The notes beneath the pieces are model-generated. The model searched no databases and was not told the origin of the DNA. It saw only the letters and a program-made list of their open reading frames with translations. Positions 1-13,110 of a DNA stretch of 64,000 bases are shown here, piece by piece. This DNA is from Macrostomum lignano (lineage: Eukaryota): contig NIVC01003806.1 in assembly GCA_002269645.1 (NCBI GenBank), forward strand, positions 1-64,000. The letters are read 5' to 3'. The stretch's first letter is position 1, and each line of letters opens with the position of its first letter. The position numbers and the translations under genes were made by a program.

Positions 1-410
1 GTGGAATCCAAGATTCCCAAAATAGCTGTTGGAATTCCAGATACTCAAAATCGCAGAGGAAATCCCAGCTTCCCAAAATAGCAGTGGGAATCCCAGATTC
101 CTAAAATAGCTGTTGGAATCCCAGATACTCAAAAATCACAGAGGAAATCCCATATTCCCAAAATAGCTTGGGAATCCCAGATACTCAAAATCACAGAGGG
201 AATTCCAGATTCCCAAAATAGCTGTGGTAATCCAGTATTCCGAAAATAGCTGTGGGAATTCCAATTCCCAAAATAGCTGTGGGAATTCCAGATCTCCCAG
301 AATAGGTGTGGGAATTCCAGGTTCCCAGAATGGGTGTGGGAATTCCAGATACTGAAAATTGCAGAGGGAATCCCAGATACTCAAAATCGCAGAGGGAATC
401 CAGATCCTCA
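1..410. repeat. Degenerate minisatellite (GGGAATTCCAGATTCCCAAAATAGCTGT-like), upstream of the DEAD-box exon
   Basis: The GGAAT(T/C)CCAGAT(T/A)C..AAAAT core recurs throughout 1-410. Confidence 0.85.
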
Positions 411-575
411 AAATGCAGTAAGCATCCAAAATCTCTCATATGGCTGCCTTGCAGTTCCATATCCTCTAATTTGGTATCCCTAGATAAACTGCAAAATAAT
501 TCGATTTTTTTCGCATGCTCTAATTCTCATCCTAGTCAGTTACCGCACAATTATTATTTTAATTTCCGTTTCCAG

Positions 576-868
576 GTGCTGATTGCCACAGACCTGGCTA
601 GCCGCGGCCTGGACACTTCTGGCCGCCCGCCAGATTATCAACTGCGACCTGCCCGGCTTCCCTGCCATTCTACCTGCACCGGCTGGGCCGCATCGGCCGG
701 GTCGGGCAGCGGCGGCTCCCCGTTCTCCGTGGCCTACGCGGCGAGCGATTCGAAGTCCGCACCGTGCAGGCCGTGGAGACGGCGGCCCGGCTCGACCTGC
801 CGCTGGCCCACCTGGACACCAATTTGAGCCGGCATTTTGCTGAGAAAGCCGCAGGCAGAGCTGCCTGA
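576..868 (+). CDS. DDX28: Terminal exon of a DDX28-like DEAD-box RNA helicase (HelicC motifs V and VI), frameshifted as written
   Basis: Acceptor TTTCCAG|GTG at 575/576. VLIATDLASRGLDT (motif V) is in one frame and QIINCDLP in a second. YLHRLGRIGRVGQ (motif VI) through VQAVETAARLDLPL to TGA 866-868 is in a third. The tail resembles DDX28 (recalled, not searched). Confidence 0.65.
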
Positions 869-1049
869 TTGTTCTATCGTAGAGTTGATTCTGTGATGAT
901 GCAGTTATTGACCGAGATTCTCCGCATTTCTTTGCTGTACGCTCGTACTCTAGAGTACACTGCCCTGCGGCTTGGCGCTCCGTAGCTTTCGTTTGCAATA
1001 TGTATTTTTATTCTGCCCTCCATTGCCAACCTGTGTCCTCACCTTCTTT

Positions 1050-1172
1050 CTGTCTGTCTGTCTGTCTGCCTGCCTGTCTTGCCTGTCTGACTGTATGCCT
1101 GCCTGTCTGTCTGTCTGTCTGTTCTGTCTGTCTGTCTGGCTGTCTGTCTGTCTGTCTGACTGTATGCCTGCC

Positions 1173-1219
<47 letters not shown>

Positions 1220-1248
1220 ATGTCTGTCTGTCTGACTGTATGCCTGCC

Positions 1249-1308
<60 letters not shown>

Positions 1309-1330
1309 CTATCTATCTATCTATCTAATC
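1050..1330. repeat. (TGTC)n microsatellite grading into (TATC)n
   Basis: Directly visible. Confidence 0.95.
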
Positions 1331-1759
1331 TACCTACCTTAATCTATGTTTTTATCGATTTAGATCCCGTCCTTTCTGTCCTCAGCTCACCTGTGCTATC
1401 TCTTTAATCCAATTTGGTGAGAACGCTCTAACAGTGCGCATTCGGTTCTCAAATTTCGCCCCCCCCCCCGGCTAAATGCCGGTTGCGCGGGGGCCGCCTC
1501 CGCCTTTAGCTGGTTTTCATCTGCGCCTCTGCGCTTTGACTTTCAATTCGTCCATTACCTGCGCCCACCTATGCTGCTCTCAGGGCGAGGGCCGCCGTTG
1601 CGATTCGAATTTCTTTGACTGTTGCTTTATTGAAAATCTTCCGGCTGAAAATGTTTTGAATTCTTTCTGGTGTCTGCCGCCATCCACCTCATCCCAGTCG
1701 GTGCTTGCAGCTTGTCACCGCTTATTGCTCCATGCGGCCTTCTCCCCTACGTCTCCCTC

Positions 1760-1990
1760 TCGTCTCCCCGTGTCTCCCTCATCTCACTCTCCTTCTCTTC
1801 TCACTGTCTCCCTCTCCTCTCCCGTGTCTCCCTCTCCTCTCCCCTGTCTCCCTCTCCTCTCCCGTGTCTGCCTCTCCTCTCCCCTGTCTCCCTCTCCTCT
1901 CCCGTGTCTCCCTCTCCTCTCCCGTGTCTCCCTCTCCTCTCCCCTGTCTCCCTCTTCTCTCGCTGTGTCTCCCTCTCTCTCTCTCGCCCC
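1760..1990. repeat. CT-rich ~20-bp minisatellite (TCTCCCTCTCCTCTCCCSTG)
   Basis: Directly visible tandem units. Confidence 0.9.
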
Positions 1991-2704
1991 GTGTGTCCTT
2001 CTCCTCCCAGTTCTCTCCCATATTCCTATCTCACCTCCCTATATCCCCCACACATGCATATACATACACTTTCTCTAAGCCTGACTCGTTAATTGAAATA
2101 CACCTTGAACTTTAACCACCCGGAGCCTCTGCTCTGCTGTACGTAACAGAGAGAGCACCCAGTCTATTGACAGTTTCTACTTTTTATCTGCAACTGTGCG
2201 TCGCAAATTGGACTTTGTCGAATAAAAGTGCAACTCTAGGAAAATTGCCCAAATTTATTTAATAGTGCCTTCCTTTTTCTTTGATTTCTTTGCCGCGAGT
2301 TTTTTATAATTGTTTTTCTTCGTTTATATAAGACAGGCAGCTCTGGGGGGTAGCGGTTATAACTGGTTAAGCCTACACCCATCTTTAGGCGCGCTTTCAG
2401 TGCCAGATGTTCACAAAGATTTTTGGCGACCAATCAGAACAGGAATTTTTATTTCTGCTGAGCTTTGGTCTGGTATTCAATTGCAAGCAGAAATTTAGGC
2501 GGTAATTCTGCTGCTCCTCTCCCAGCGAAGTCTCGCGCTGCCTCCGCCTTTTACGAGTATTTGTCAATTATAATCCCCCATCTAGCCAGTATCACCTCCC
2601 TCTTCTGCTCCCGTGTTCTTGCTGGATAATTTTCTTGGGATTGCCTGTGTGTGTTTCTGCCCAATGCGCTCTGCAATTTTTTGCTCGGTCACTTGTTTCT
2701 TCTT

Positions 2705-4274
2705 CCCACTCCCATGTCACTGTCCCCACTCCCATCTCACTGTCCCCACTCCCATCTTACTGTCCCCCACTCCCATCCACTGTCCCCACTCCCATCCCAC
2801 CACTCCCATCCCACTGTCCCCCACTCCCATCCCACCACTCCCATCTCACTGTCCCCCACTCCCATCTTACTGTCCCCCACTCCCATCCCACTGCCCCACT
2901 CCCATCTCACTGTCCCCCACTCCCATCTTACTGTCCCCCACTCCCATCCCACTGTCCCCCACTCCCATCCCACCACTCCCATCCCACTGTCCCCCACTCC
3001 CATCCCACCACTCCCATCTCACTGTCCCCCACTCCCATCCCACCACTCCCATCTCACTGTCCCCCACTCCCATCTTACTGTCCCCCACTCCCATCCCACC
3101 ACTCCCATCTCACTGTCCCCCACTCCCATCTTACTGTCCCCCACTCCCATCCCACTGTCCCCCACTCCCATCCCACTGTCCCCCACTCCCATCTCACTGT
3201 CCCCCACTCCCATCTTACTGTCCCCCACTCCCATCCCACTGTCCCCACTCCCATCTCACTGTCCCCCACTCCCATCTTACTGTCCCCCACTCCCATCCCA
3301 CTGTCCCCCACTCTCATCCCACTGTCCCCCACTCCCATCCCACTGTCCCCCACTCCCATCCCACTGTCCCCCACTCCCATCTCACTGTCCCCACTCCCAT
3401 CCCACTGTCCCCACTCCCATCCCACTGTCCCCACTCCCATCTTACTGTCCCCCACTCCCATCCCACTGCCCCCACTTCCATCTCACTGTCCCCCACTCCC
3501 ATCTTACTGTCCCCCACTCCCATCTTACTGTCCCCCACTCCCATCCCACTGTCCCCCACTCCCATCTCACTGTCCCCCACTCCCATCTTACTGTCCCCCA
3601 CTCCCATCCCACTGTCCCCACTCCCATCCCACTGTCCCCCACTCCCATACCACTGTCCCCCACTCCCATCCCACTGTCCCCACTCCCATCCACTGCCCCC
3701 ACTCCCATCTCACTGTCCCCCACTCCCATCCCACTGTCCCCCACTCCCATCTCACTGTCCCCACTCCCATCCCACTGTCCCCACTCCCATCTTACTGTCC
3801 CCCACTCCCATCCCACTGTCCCCCACTCCCATCCCACTGTCCCCCACTCCCATCCCACTGTCCCCACTCCCATACCACTGTCCCCCACTCTCATCCCACT
3901 GTCCCCCACTCCCATACCACTGTCCCACACTCCCATCCCACTGTCCCCCACTCCCATCCCACTGTCCCCCACTCCCATCCCACTGTCCCCCACTCCCATC
4001 TCACTGTCCCCCACTCCCATCCCACTGTCCCACTCCCATCCCACTGTCCCCACTCCCATCTTACTGTCCCCCACTCCCATCCCACTGCCCCCCACTTCCA
4101 TCTCACTGTCCCCCACTCCCATCTTACTGTCCCCCACTCCCATCCCACTGTCCCCCACTCCCATCCCACCACTCCCATCCCACTGTCCCCCACTCCCATC
4201 CCACCACTCCCATCTCACTGTCCCCCACTCCCATCTTACTGTCCCATACTCCCATCCCCTCCCCTCCCATCCCA
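2705..4274. repeat. 21-bp C-rich minisatellite (CCCCACTCCCATCCCACTGTC), copy 1
   Basis: Directly visible; source of the HP/GVGDSG pseudo-ORFs. Confidence 0.95.
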
Positions 4275-4900
4275 TAAGCCTGACTCGTTAATTGAAATAC
4301 ACCTTGAACTTTAACCACCCGGAGCCTCTGCTCTGCTGTACGTAACAGAGAGAGCACCCAGTCTATTGACAGTTTCTACTTTTTATCTGCAACTGTGCGT
4401 CGCAAATTGGACTTTTGTCGAATAAAAGTGCAACTCTAGGAAAATTGCCAAATTTATTTAATAGTGCCTTCCTTTTTCTTTGATTTCTTTGCCGCGAGTT
4501 TTTTATAATTGTTTTTTCGTTTATATAAGACAGGCAGCTCTGGGGGGTAGCGGTTATAACTGGTTAAGCCTACACCCATCTTTAGGCCCGCTTCAGTGCC
4601 AGATGTTCACAAAGATTTTTGGCGACCAATCAGAACAGGAATTTTTATTTCTGCTGAGCTTTGGTCTGGTATTCAATTGCAAGCAGAAATTTAGGCGGTA
4701 ATTCTGCTGCTCCTCTCCCAGCGAAGTCTCGCGCTGCCTCCGCCTTTTACGAGTATTTGTCAATTATAATCCCCCATCTAGCCAGTATCACCTCCCTCTT
4801 CTGCTCCCGTGTTCTTGCTGGATAATTTTCTTGGGATTGCCTGTGTGTGTTTCTGCCCAATGCGCTCTGCAATTTTTTGCTCGGTCACTTGTTTCTTCTT

Positions 4901-7035
4901 CCCACTCCCATGTCACTGTCCCCCACTCCCATCTCACTGTCCCCCACTCCCATCTTACTGTCCCCCACTCCCATCCCACTGTCCCCCACTCCCATCCCAC
5001 CACTCCCATCCCACTGTCCCCCACTCCCATCCCACCACTCCCATCTCACTGTCCCCCACTCCCATCTTACTGTCCCCCACTCCCATCCCACTGCCCCCAC
5101 TCCCATCTCACTGTCCCCCACTCCCATCTTACTGTCCCCCACTCCCATCCCACTGTCCCCCACTCCCATCCCACCACTCCCATCCCACTGTCCCCCACTC
5201 CCATCCCACCACTCCCATCTCACTGTCCCCCACTCCCATCCCACCACTCCCATCTCACTGTCCCCCACTCCCATCTTACTGTCCCCCACTCCCATCCCAC
5301 CACTCCCATCTCACTGTCCCCCACTCCCATCTTACTGTCCCCCACTCCCATCCCACTGTCCCCACTCCCATCCCACTGTCCCCCACTCCCATCTCACTGT
5401 CCCCCACTCCCATCTTACTGTCCCCCACTCCCATCCCACCACTCCCATCTCACTGTCCCCCACTCCCATCTTACTGTCCCCCACTCCCATCCCACTGTCC
5501 CCCACTCCCATCCCACTGTCCCCCACTCCCATACCACTGTCCCCCACTCCCATCCCACTGTCCCCCACTCCCATCCCACTGCCCCCACTCCCATCTCACT
5601 GTCCCCCACTCCCATCCCACTGTCCCCCACTCCCATCCCACTGCCCCCCACTCCCATCTTACTGTCCCCCACTCCCATCCCACTGTCCCCCACTCCCATC
5701 TCACTGTCCCCCACTCCCATCTTACTGTCCCCCACTCCCATCCCACTGTCCCCCACTCCCATCCCACTGTCCCCCACTCCCATCTCACTGTCCCCACTCC
5801 CATCCCACTGTCCCCACTCCCATCTTACTGTCCCCCACTCCCATCCCACTGTCCCCCACTCCCATCCCACTGTCCCCCACTCCCATCCCACTGTCCCCCA
5901 CTCCCATCCCACTGTCCCCCACTCCCATCCCACTGTCCCCCACTCCCATCCCACTGTCCCCCACTCCCATCCCACTGTCCCCCACTCCCATACCACTGTC
6001 CCCCACTCTCATCCCACTGTCCCCCACTCCCATACCACTGTCCCACACTCCCATCCCACTGTCCCCCACTCCCATCCCACTGTCCCCCACTCCCATCCCA
6101 CTGTCCCCCACTCCCATCTCACTGTCCCCCACTCCCATCCCACTGTCCCCACTCCCATCCCACTGTCCCCACTCCCATCTTACTGTCCCCCACTCCCATC
6201 CCACTGCCCCCACTTCCATCTCACTGTCCCCCACTCCCATCTTACTGTCCCCCACTCCCATCCCACTGTCCCCCACTCCCATCCCACCACTCCCATCCCA
6301 CTGTCCCCCACTCCCATCCCACCACTCCCATCTCACTGTCCCCCACTCCCATCTTACTGTCCCATACTCCCATCCCACTGTCCCCCACTCCCATCCCACC
6401 ACTCCCATCTCACTGTCCCCCACTCCCATCTTACTGTCCCCCACTCCCATCCCACTGTCCCCCACTCCCATCCCACTGTCCCCCACTCCCATACCACTGT
6501 CCCCCACTCCCATCCCACTGTCCCCCACTCCCATCCACTGCCCCCACTCCCATCTCACTGTCCCCCACTCCCATCCCACTGTCCCCCACTCCCATCCCAC
6601 TGCCCCCACTCCCATCTTACTGTCCCCCACTCCCATCCCACTGTCCCCCACTCCCATCTCACTGTCCCCCACTCCCATCTTACTGTCCCCCACTCCCATC
6701 CCACTGTCCCCCACTCCCATCCCACTGTCCCCCACTCCCATCTCACTGTCCCCACTCCCATCCCACTGTCCCCACTCCCATCTTACTGTCCCCCACTCCC
6801 ATCCCACTGTCCCCACTCCCATCCCACTGTCCCCCACTCCCATCCCACTGTCCCCACTCCCATCTTACTGTCCCCCACTCCCATCCCACTGTCCCCCACT
6901 CCCATCCCACTGTCCCCCACTCCCATCCCACTGTCCCCCACTCCCATCCCACTGTCCCCCACTCCCATCCCACTGTCCCCCACTCCCATCCCACTGTTCC
7001 CCACTCCCATACCACTGTCCCCACTCCCATCCATT
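4901..7035. repeat. 21-bp C-rich minisatellite, copy 2
   Basis: Same unit and same variant types as copy 1. Confidence 0.95.
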
Positions 7036-7260
7036 GTCAGCCATAGTCCCTAAATAGCAATATATAAGTACACAGTGCACTATAGTGTCATTGGTTCAAT
7101 ACTTTCATCAGTGCAGGCCCGAGCACCCGAATGTTTTCTTTTATCTGGTACTTTTAACTTCTGCAAATTTAATTAAATTCTGTTTGCCTGACTTTATCTG
7201 TCAGAGTTTTTATAACTCTGCGTTGAAGATTCTGCAATCAAAAAAAGCAACTCGCTCCAT

Positions 7261-7300
7261 CACGTGATTGACGTGTTTTGTACCCGCGTGACGTTAGCGT
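7261..7300. promoter_or_regulatory. Possible promoter elements (CACGTG E-box, two TGACGT CRE-like sites) upstream of the zinc-finger gene
   Basis: Three motifs within 40 bp. A candidate 5' exon donor AA|GTGAGT lies at 7928. Short motifs, weak evidence. Confidence 0.2.
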
Positions 7301-7935
7301 CTCTTCTTATTTGTTGTTTTCTCCGCTTAGGTGACTCTTCTTAGGCAGGGGAATCCCTCAGTTTAGGCTATTTTCAGCTGCATAATTGAGATGAGGCAGT
7401 TCCGAGAACCCCTGCCTCTCACACTGCCGCTGCCCCTTTTTGCGTCAAGTTTTTCTGAGTTGTTCTCCCGTCTGTTATTTCCCCGTGCCTTCATCCGAGC
7501 GGCTTGCGTCAGCCTCGGTATAATAATAATTAAGCGAAAGTGTGTGAAGACGGCATCTCAGATTCCTTTTTTGTCCGTTGCCTCTTTCCGCTCTTCCGTC
7601 TTCGCAGAGCAGCCTCTCCACTACCCGCGAGCTCTCTTCGGATTGGCTGTCCCGGTCGGGATTGGGCCAGAAGGGGAAGAGAGGGGAGGCTGAGCTCGTT
7701 TGGGTATAAAATTCGGCAAATCCCACCTGGCTTAGAGTCCTCCGCTCCGATCCCCGCTGCTCGTGCTGAGATCCCCAGATCCGAACTTCGCCTGAGGCCC
7801 TTCTCCTTCCCACCATGCGCCGTTCGTTCCTCCCGACCGGTCATTCGGGCGCACCGGCCGATGAGAATTACTGCTTTGCCGGGCACCGGCCTCCGGTGTG
7901 GGCCAACTATGCCTACTTCCGGCCTAAGTGAGTGT

Positions 7936-8047
7936 CCTGTCTGTGTCTGTCCGTCTGTCTGTCTGTCATGTGTCTGTCTGTCTGTGTCTGTCCGTCTGTC
8001 TGTCTGTGTGTCTGTCTGTCTGTCATGTGTCTGTCTGTCTGTCTGTC

Positions 8048-8094
<47 letters not shown>

Positions 8095-8112
8095 TGTCTG
8101 TCTGTCTGTCTG

Positions 8113-8163
<51 letters not shown>

Positions 8164-8170
8164 GTCTGTC

Positions 8171-8213
<43 letters not shown>

Positions 8214-8450
8214 TTCTGTCTCTCTGTCTGTCTGTGTGTCTCTCTGTCTGTCTGTGTCTGTCTGTGTCTCTGTCTGTGTCAGTCTGTCTGCCTGCCTGTC
8301 TGTCTGTGTGTCTCTCTGTCTGTGTCTGTCTGTGTCTCTGTCTGTGTCAGTCTGTGTCTCTGTCTGTGTCAGTCTGTCTGCCTGTCTGTCTGTCTGTCTG
8401 TCTGTCTGTGTCTCTGTGTCTGTATTTATTTCTGTGTCTTCTTTCTGCCT
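7936..8450. repeat. (TGTC)n/(TG)n microsatellite
   Basis: Directly visible. Confidence 0.95.
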
Positions 8451-8659
8451 GTCTTAGTGTCTTAGTGTCGTCTGTCTGTACTTTGCCCCCGCCAGCCCCC
8501 TTTCCAAGAGTCGCACACCCACTCGCTAGCTACCCTATGTATTGAGCAGCTGCAGCTCAAAATGCGGCTCCTTTGCAGTAAAATTTTACACGCTCCGCCC
8601 CCGCGCATGATTTCAGCTGTCCGCACCGTTTAGCTGACAGGTGCGCAGCCTGTAACGCC

Positions 8660-9977
8660 ATGTACGGCAGCGGTAACAGTAGCAGCAGCAAGGACGGTGG
8701 CAATGCCAGGCACCACCTCCAGCCTCATCTGCAGCAGCCGCAGCAGCAGCAGCAGCAGCCACCGGCGCCTCATCAGCATTTTCTCAACTTGCCGCACGAG
8801 TCGCATCTTGGCAGCTCCCAGCATCCTCATCATCACCAGCAACATCAGCAGCATCTTCAGCATCCGCATCAGCAGCTTCATCATCAGCATCAGCAGTCGG
8901 CTGTTCCCAGGCCGCTGTCTGTCAGCCCGCTGCCAATGGCAGCCGCCTACGGCAACCCGGGCCTGCCGCCCTCGGTGAAGTCGGAGCCCGGCAGCTCCCA
9001 CCGCCCTGGCGACTTGCCCGCCGGCTCCGGCCGCCGAAATCTCTCCGGCTCCACATCGTCGTCCTCGGCCTCCTCGGCGGCGTCGGCGACGTCCTCGATT
9101 CTCGGTGGGCCAAACGAGCAAGGCGAGGACAGCGGCAGTCAGCACCGGCTGAGCGGTCACCGGCATCGCCACCACCGGCCGCAGCGGCCATCCTCTAACA
9201 GTGGCAGCGTCGGCGGTCTCGGCAAATCCGCCGGCGCCCTGGGCAAGCAGGTGCTGACGTGCCCGAAGTGCAACAAAGTGTTCACCAACTCCAGCGCAAT
9301 AGCCAAGCACAAGCTCACGCACAGCGAGGAGAGGAAATACTCGTGCGATGTGTGCGGCAAGTGCTTCAAACGGCAGGACCACCTGAACGGGCACCGGCTC
9401 ACCCACCAGGACAAGAAGCCGCACGCCTGCGTTTACTGCGACAAGTCCTACAGCGACGCCAGGAGCCTCCGCCGGCACTACGAGAACTCGCATCCGGACC
9501 AGTTCAGGCACTGGGAGGAGCAGAAGAGCCGGCGGGAGCGCGGACTCGAACTGCCTGGCGATTCCGTAGACTGGAACCCGCTGGACGAGCCGAAGCGGGC
9601 GAGCTGCTTGGTGTGCGGCAAGCGGTTCAAGAACCAGGCCGCCCTCAATGGCCACATGCGACTGCACGGCGGCTACATTGTCGGCGGCGACAACAATGGC
9701 GGCGGCGGCGCCGGAAGCAGCGGCGGAGGCTTGTTGGACGATCGGACGGCTTCGTCGAACTCTTCGTGGGCCACTGAGATGCCGCCTCCGCCTCCGCCGC
9801 CACCGCCGCCGCCACTCTTGCAGTCGCAGCAGCAGCAGCTTCACCTGCAGCAGCAGCCGACCGCTTCTCAAGTCCTCGCCGACCTGCCAGCCGCCGACGA
9901 CGCTATGGACACCTACATGACCGGGTCAGCCTTCGACAGCTACGTTCTGGACGAATTCCATCACAGTAACCATCAGG

Positions 9978-10008
<31 letters not shown>

Positions 10009-10762
10009 ACAGCAGCAGCAGCAATACTCGCCCATCACTCCTAGCGGAGCGTTCGACTCTCTGCGCAACACGCAGATTGACTTCGACCTCATCGCCAATC
10101 TGCTCTGCGACGAGGAGCAGCCGAAGGCACCGCCGCCAACTCCGGCCAGCGCGGCCACTCCCAAGTCTAGTCAGATGGCCTTCACATTCAGCGAGGTCAA
10201 TCCCTACGTGCCCTGCGGCTCAGCTGACGCCTGCCCGCCGCCGCCGCCGCCACCGCCGCCGCCGCCGCCACCGCCGCCGCCAGCTCGTCTGCTGGCTCCG
10301 CCGCCGCAGCAGAAGCCGAAGGTGCTGCCGCCTGCGCCTCTGTTCGCCAGCGGCTCGGCATCTTCAACGGCGGCTTCTGTTGGCTCTGCGCAGTCGCTGC
10401 CGCGGCCTCCCCCGCCGCCGCCGCCAGCGCCGCCAACGCTCAGCGGAGCCCGGCTGGACACGCCGCCGAAGCTGATCGACGATTCTTCATCATCTGGCCT
10501 CTGCTCGATGGAGCTGCTCGGCCCAGCTTCCACTTATCAGTCGCCGATGTCATCGTCTGCAACTTCGTTCAGCCCGGCCTCCGGCTTCGCCGCCGCCGCC
10601 GCTGCCGCTTCGTTTGGCAAGCGGAAGCAGCGCCCGGCTCCGCTGGTGATTCCGCCGCACGTCAACACCGGCTCGCTGGGGCCCGGCGGGACGGCGGCCT
10701 CGACTGGCTCAGGAACGGCGCCGGCTGGTTCGGCCGGGTTCGCCTCGATGCACCAGTTCCAG
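8660..10762 (+). CDS. TRERF1/ZNF541/MIDEAS-family protein, coding exon 1 (4 C2H2 fingers, polyQ/polyP)
   Basis: Fingers CPKC..HKLTH, CDVC..HRLTH, CVYC..RSLRRHYENSH and CLVC..LNGHMRLHGG; KRKQRPAPLVIP motif; donor CAG|GTACGC, phase 0. Confidence 0.9.
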
Positions 10763-10797
10763 GTACGCATGCACATGCTCCCACGGGGTGTACAGCA

Positions 10798-10902
10798 GGG
10801 GGCCGTAGCCTAGTGGTTGTTAGTTCTGGCGCCCTGATGTGCCAGCGGCCAAGCCTCGGATTCCAAGTTCAGTGAAATTAATTTTTGGGGCTAAATTGGA
10901 AT
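10798..10902 (+). mobile_element. tRNA-derived SINE family A, 5' fragment
   Basis: GGGGGCCGTAGCCTAGTGG...GTGCCAGCGGCC..GATTCCAAGT..ATTAATTTTTGGGGCT.AATTGGAAT aligns by eye to the head of the full copy at 29205. Confidence 0.75.
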
Positions 10903-10922
10903 TGTTGCTCACCTGACTCCAG

Positions 10923-11224
10923 TCGCAGCTCCGATCGCCTCGCGTGTGGAAGCCGCAGCACCAAGTCGCCGGCGGCGCTTTCGTCAGCTTCGGCGGCAGC
11001 GACACTCCGCCGCCGTACACGCCGCCGCCAATGCTCAGCCCAATGCGCCGCGGCTCCGGCCTGTTCCGCTCCATCTTCCCGTCGTCTGCCGCCGCAGCCG
11101 CTGCTGCCGCCGCGGCCGCAGCCGCCGTCGGCGCCCTGCCGCAGTCCGCCCCGGTGGCCGCCCGCTTCCACCTGCAGGCCGCTGCCGCCGCTGCAGCGGC
11201 CACGGCTACCGCCTACCCTCAGCA

Positions 11225-11256
<32 letters not shown>

Positions 11257-11768
11257 TGCCGCCGCCGCCGCCTCAGGCAGAGCAGCAGCAACCCAGCGGG
11301 CCCCTGTCAAGCTCATCGTCAACTCTGCCCTGCGTCGACGAAGATTTCGACACTGTCCGGCGTCAGGAAGATCCGGCGCCGATGGAAGAACCGGAGGAGC
11401 CGCCTATGACGGCCGTGGAGCCGAAGATCAACGTCGGGCCGGAGTTCCAGGCCGAGCTGCCAGAGTTCAAGTCGCCGGCGCCGGTGGCAGCTGCCGATGA
11501 CGACGATCACGCGGCGCCGATTTTCCTGCCGTCAGTGCTGGACGGCGTGACGCAGTCGGAGCTGAGCAACCTCATGAGCCTGGCCAGCTCGCCAGGCGTG
11601 CCATTCGGTGGGCCCAACCTGGAGAAGGTGCTGCACCTGCTGTACGCCACGGGCGGCGACACCAAAGTATCTCTGAGCGCCCTGCTGGGTGAGGAGATTT
11701 TCATACCAGAGCGATCGGCCATCATCGGCTACCAGTACCCGGACTCGGAGTTCTGGTCCGTGCAGGAG
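10923..11768 (+). CDS. TRERF1/ZNF541-family coding exon 2 (YTPPPMLSP motif, ELM2 domain)
   Basis: Acceptor CTCCAG|TCG gives SQLRSPRV, then [17 protein letters not shown] and [14 protein letters not shown] (ELM2). Donor GAG|GTGAGT, phase 0. Confidence 0.9.
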
Positions 11769-11869
11769 GTGAGTCCGGCGAGGCATGCATGCTTGGGACT
11801 TGGGGTTGATGGATTTATACTGGGCTCGGTTGTTCTCCAATTTCCCAGTTGGAGTTCATGCACCCCAAA

Positions 11870-12686
<817 letters not shown>

Positions 12687-12854
12687 GCCCGACTTGTGGT
12701 GGTCATCGGATATTACTGAGATCTCTAAGCCGTTCCATTTTTATAGTCATAGTTGTTCTCCCTGCAGCACTGCTTCAAATACTGTTGCAAATTGTTTTTT
12801 TAGCATGCTGAGAGTCTGGTGTGGCCCAGGTTTAAAGGTGTCCTCTGCTTGCCG

Positions 12855-13110
12855 CTGGGCCAGCCTCCCAGATCCTCAGTTGCTGTGCCAGCCTCCCAGA
12901 TCCTCTGTTGCTGGGCCAGCCTCCCAGATCCTCAGTTGCTGGGCCAGCCTCCCAGATCCTCAGTTGCTGTGCCAGCCTCCCAGATCCTCAGTTGCTGGGC
13001 CAGCCTCCCAGATCCTCAGTTGCTGTGCCAGCCTCCCAGATCCTCAGTTGCTGGGCCAGCCTCCCAGATCCTCAGTTGCTGGGCCAGCCTCCCAGATCCT
13101 CAGTTGCTGT
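12855..13110. repeat. 28-bp minisatellite (GGGCCAGCCTCCCAGATCCTCAGTTGCT), family X site 1
   Basis: Directly visible; same core at 26050. Confidence 0.95.

Larger units (their letters stand above)
2076..7035. repeat. ~2.2-kb tandem duplication: ~630-bp unique module plus 21-bp array, in two copies
   Basis: TAAGCCTGACTCGTTAATTGAAATAC starts at 2076 and 4275. The modules are near-identical apart from short indels and a substitution. Confidence 0.9.

Noticed and set aside
2236-2433. Basic 65-aa minus-strand ORF in the duplicated module
   Set aside because: The frame is broken by indels in the second copy, there is no recognisable domain, and no splice context.
2613-7057. Very long Pro/His/Ser-rich and GVGDSG/WEWG ORFs (up to 745 aa)
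   Set aside because: All six frames are open because the 21-bp unit lacks stops. There is no unique coding context.
8630-9871. 413-aa antisense ORF over the zinc-finger exon
   Set aside because: Shadow ORF of GC-rich coding sequence; the plus strand has the clear motifs.
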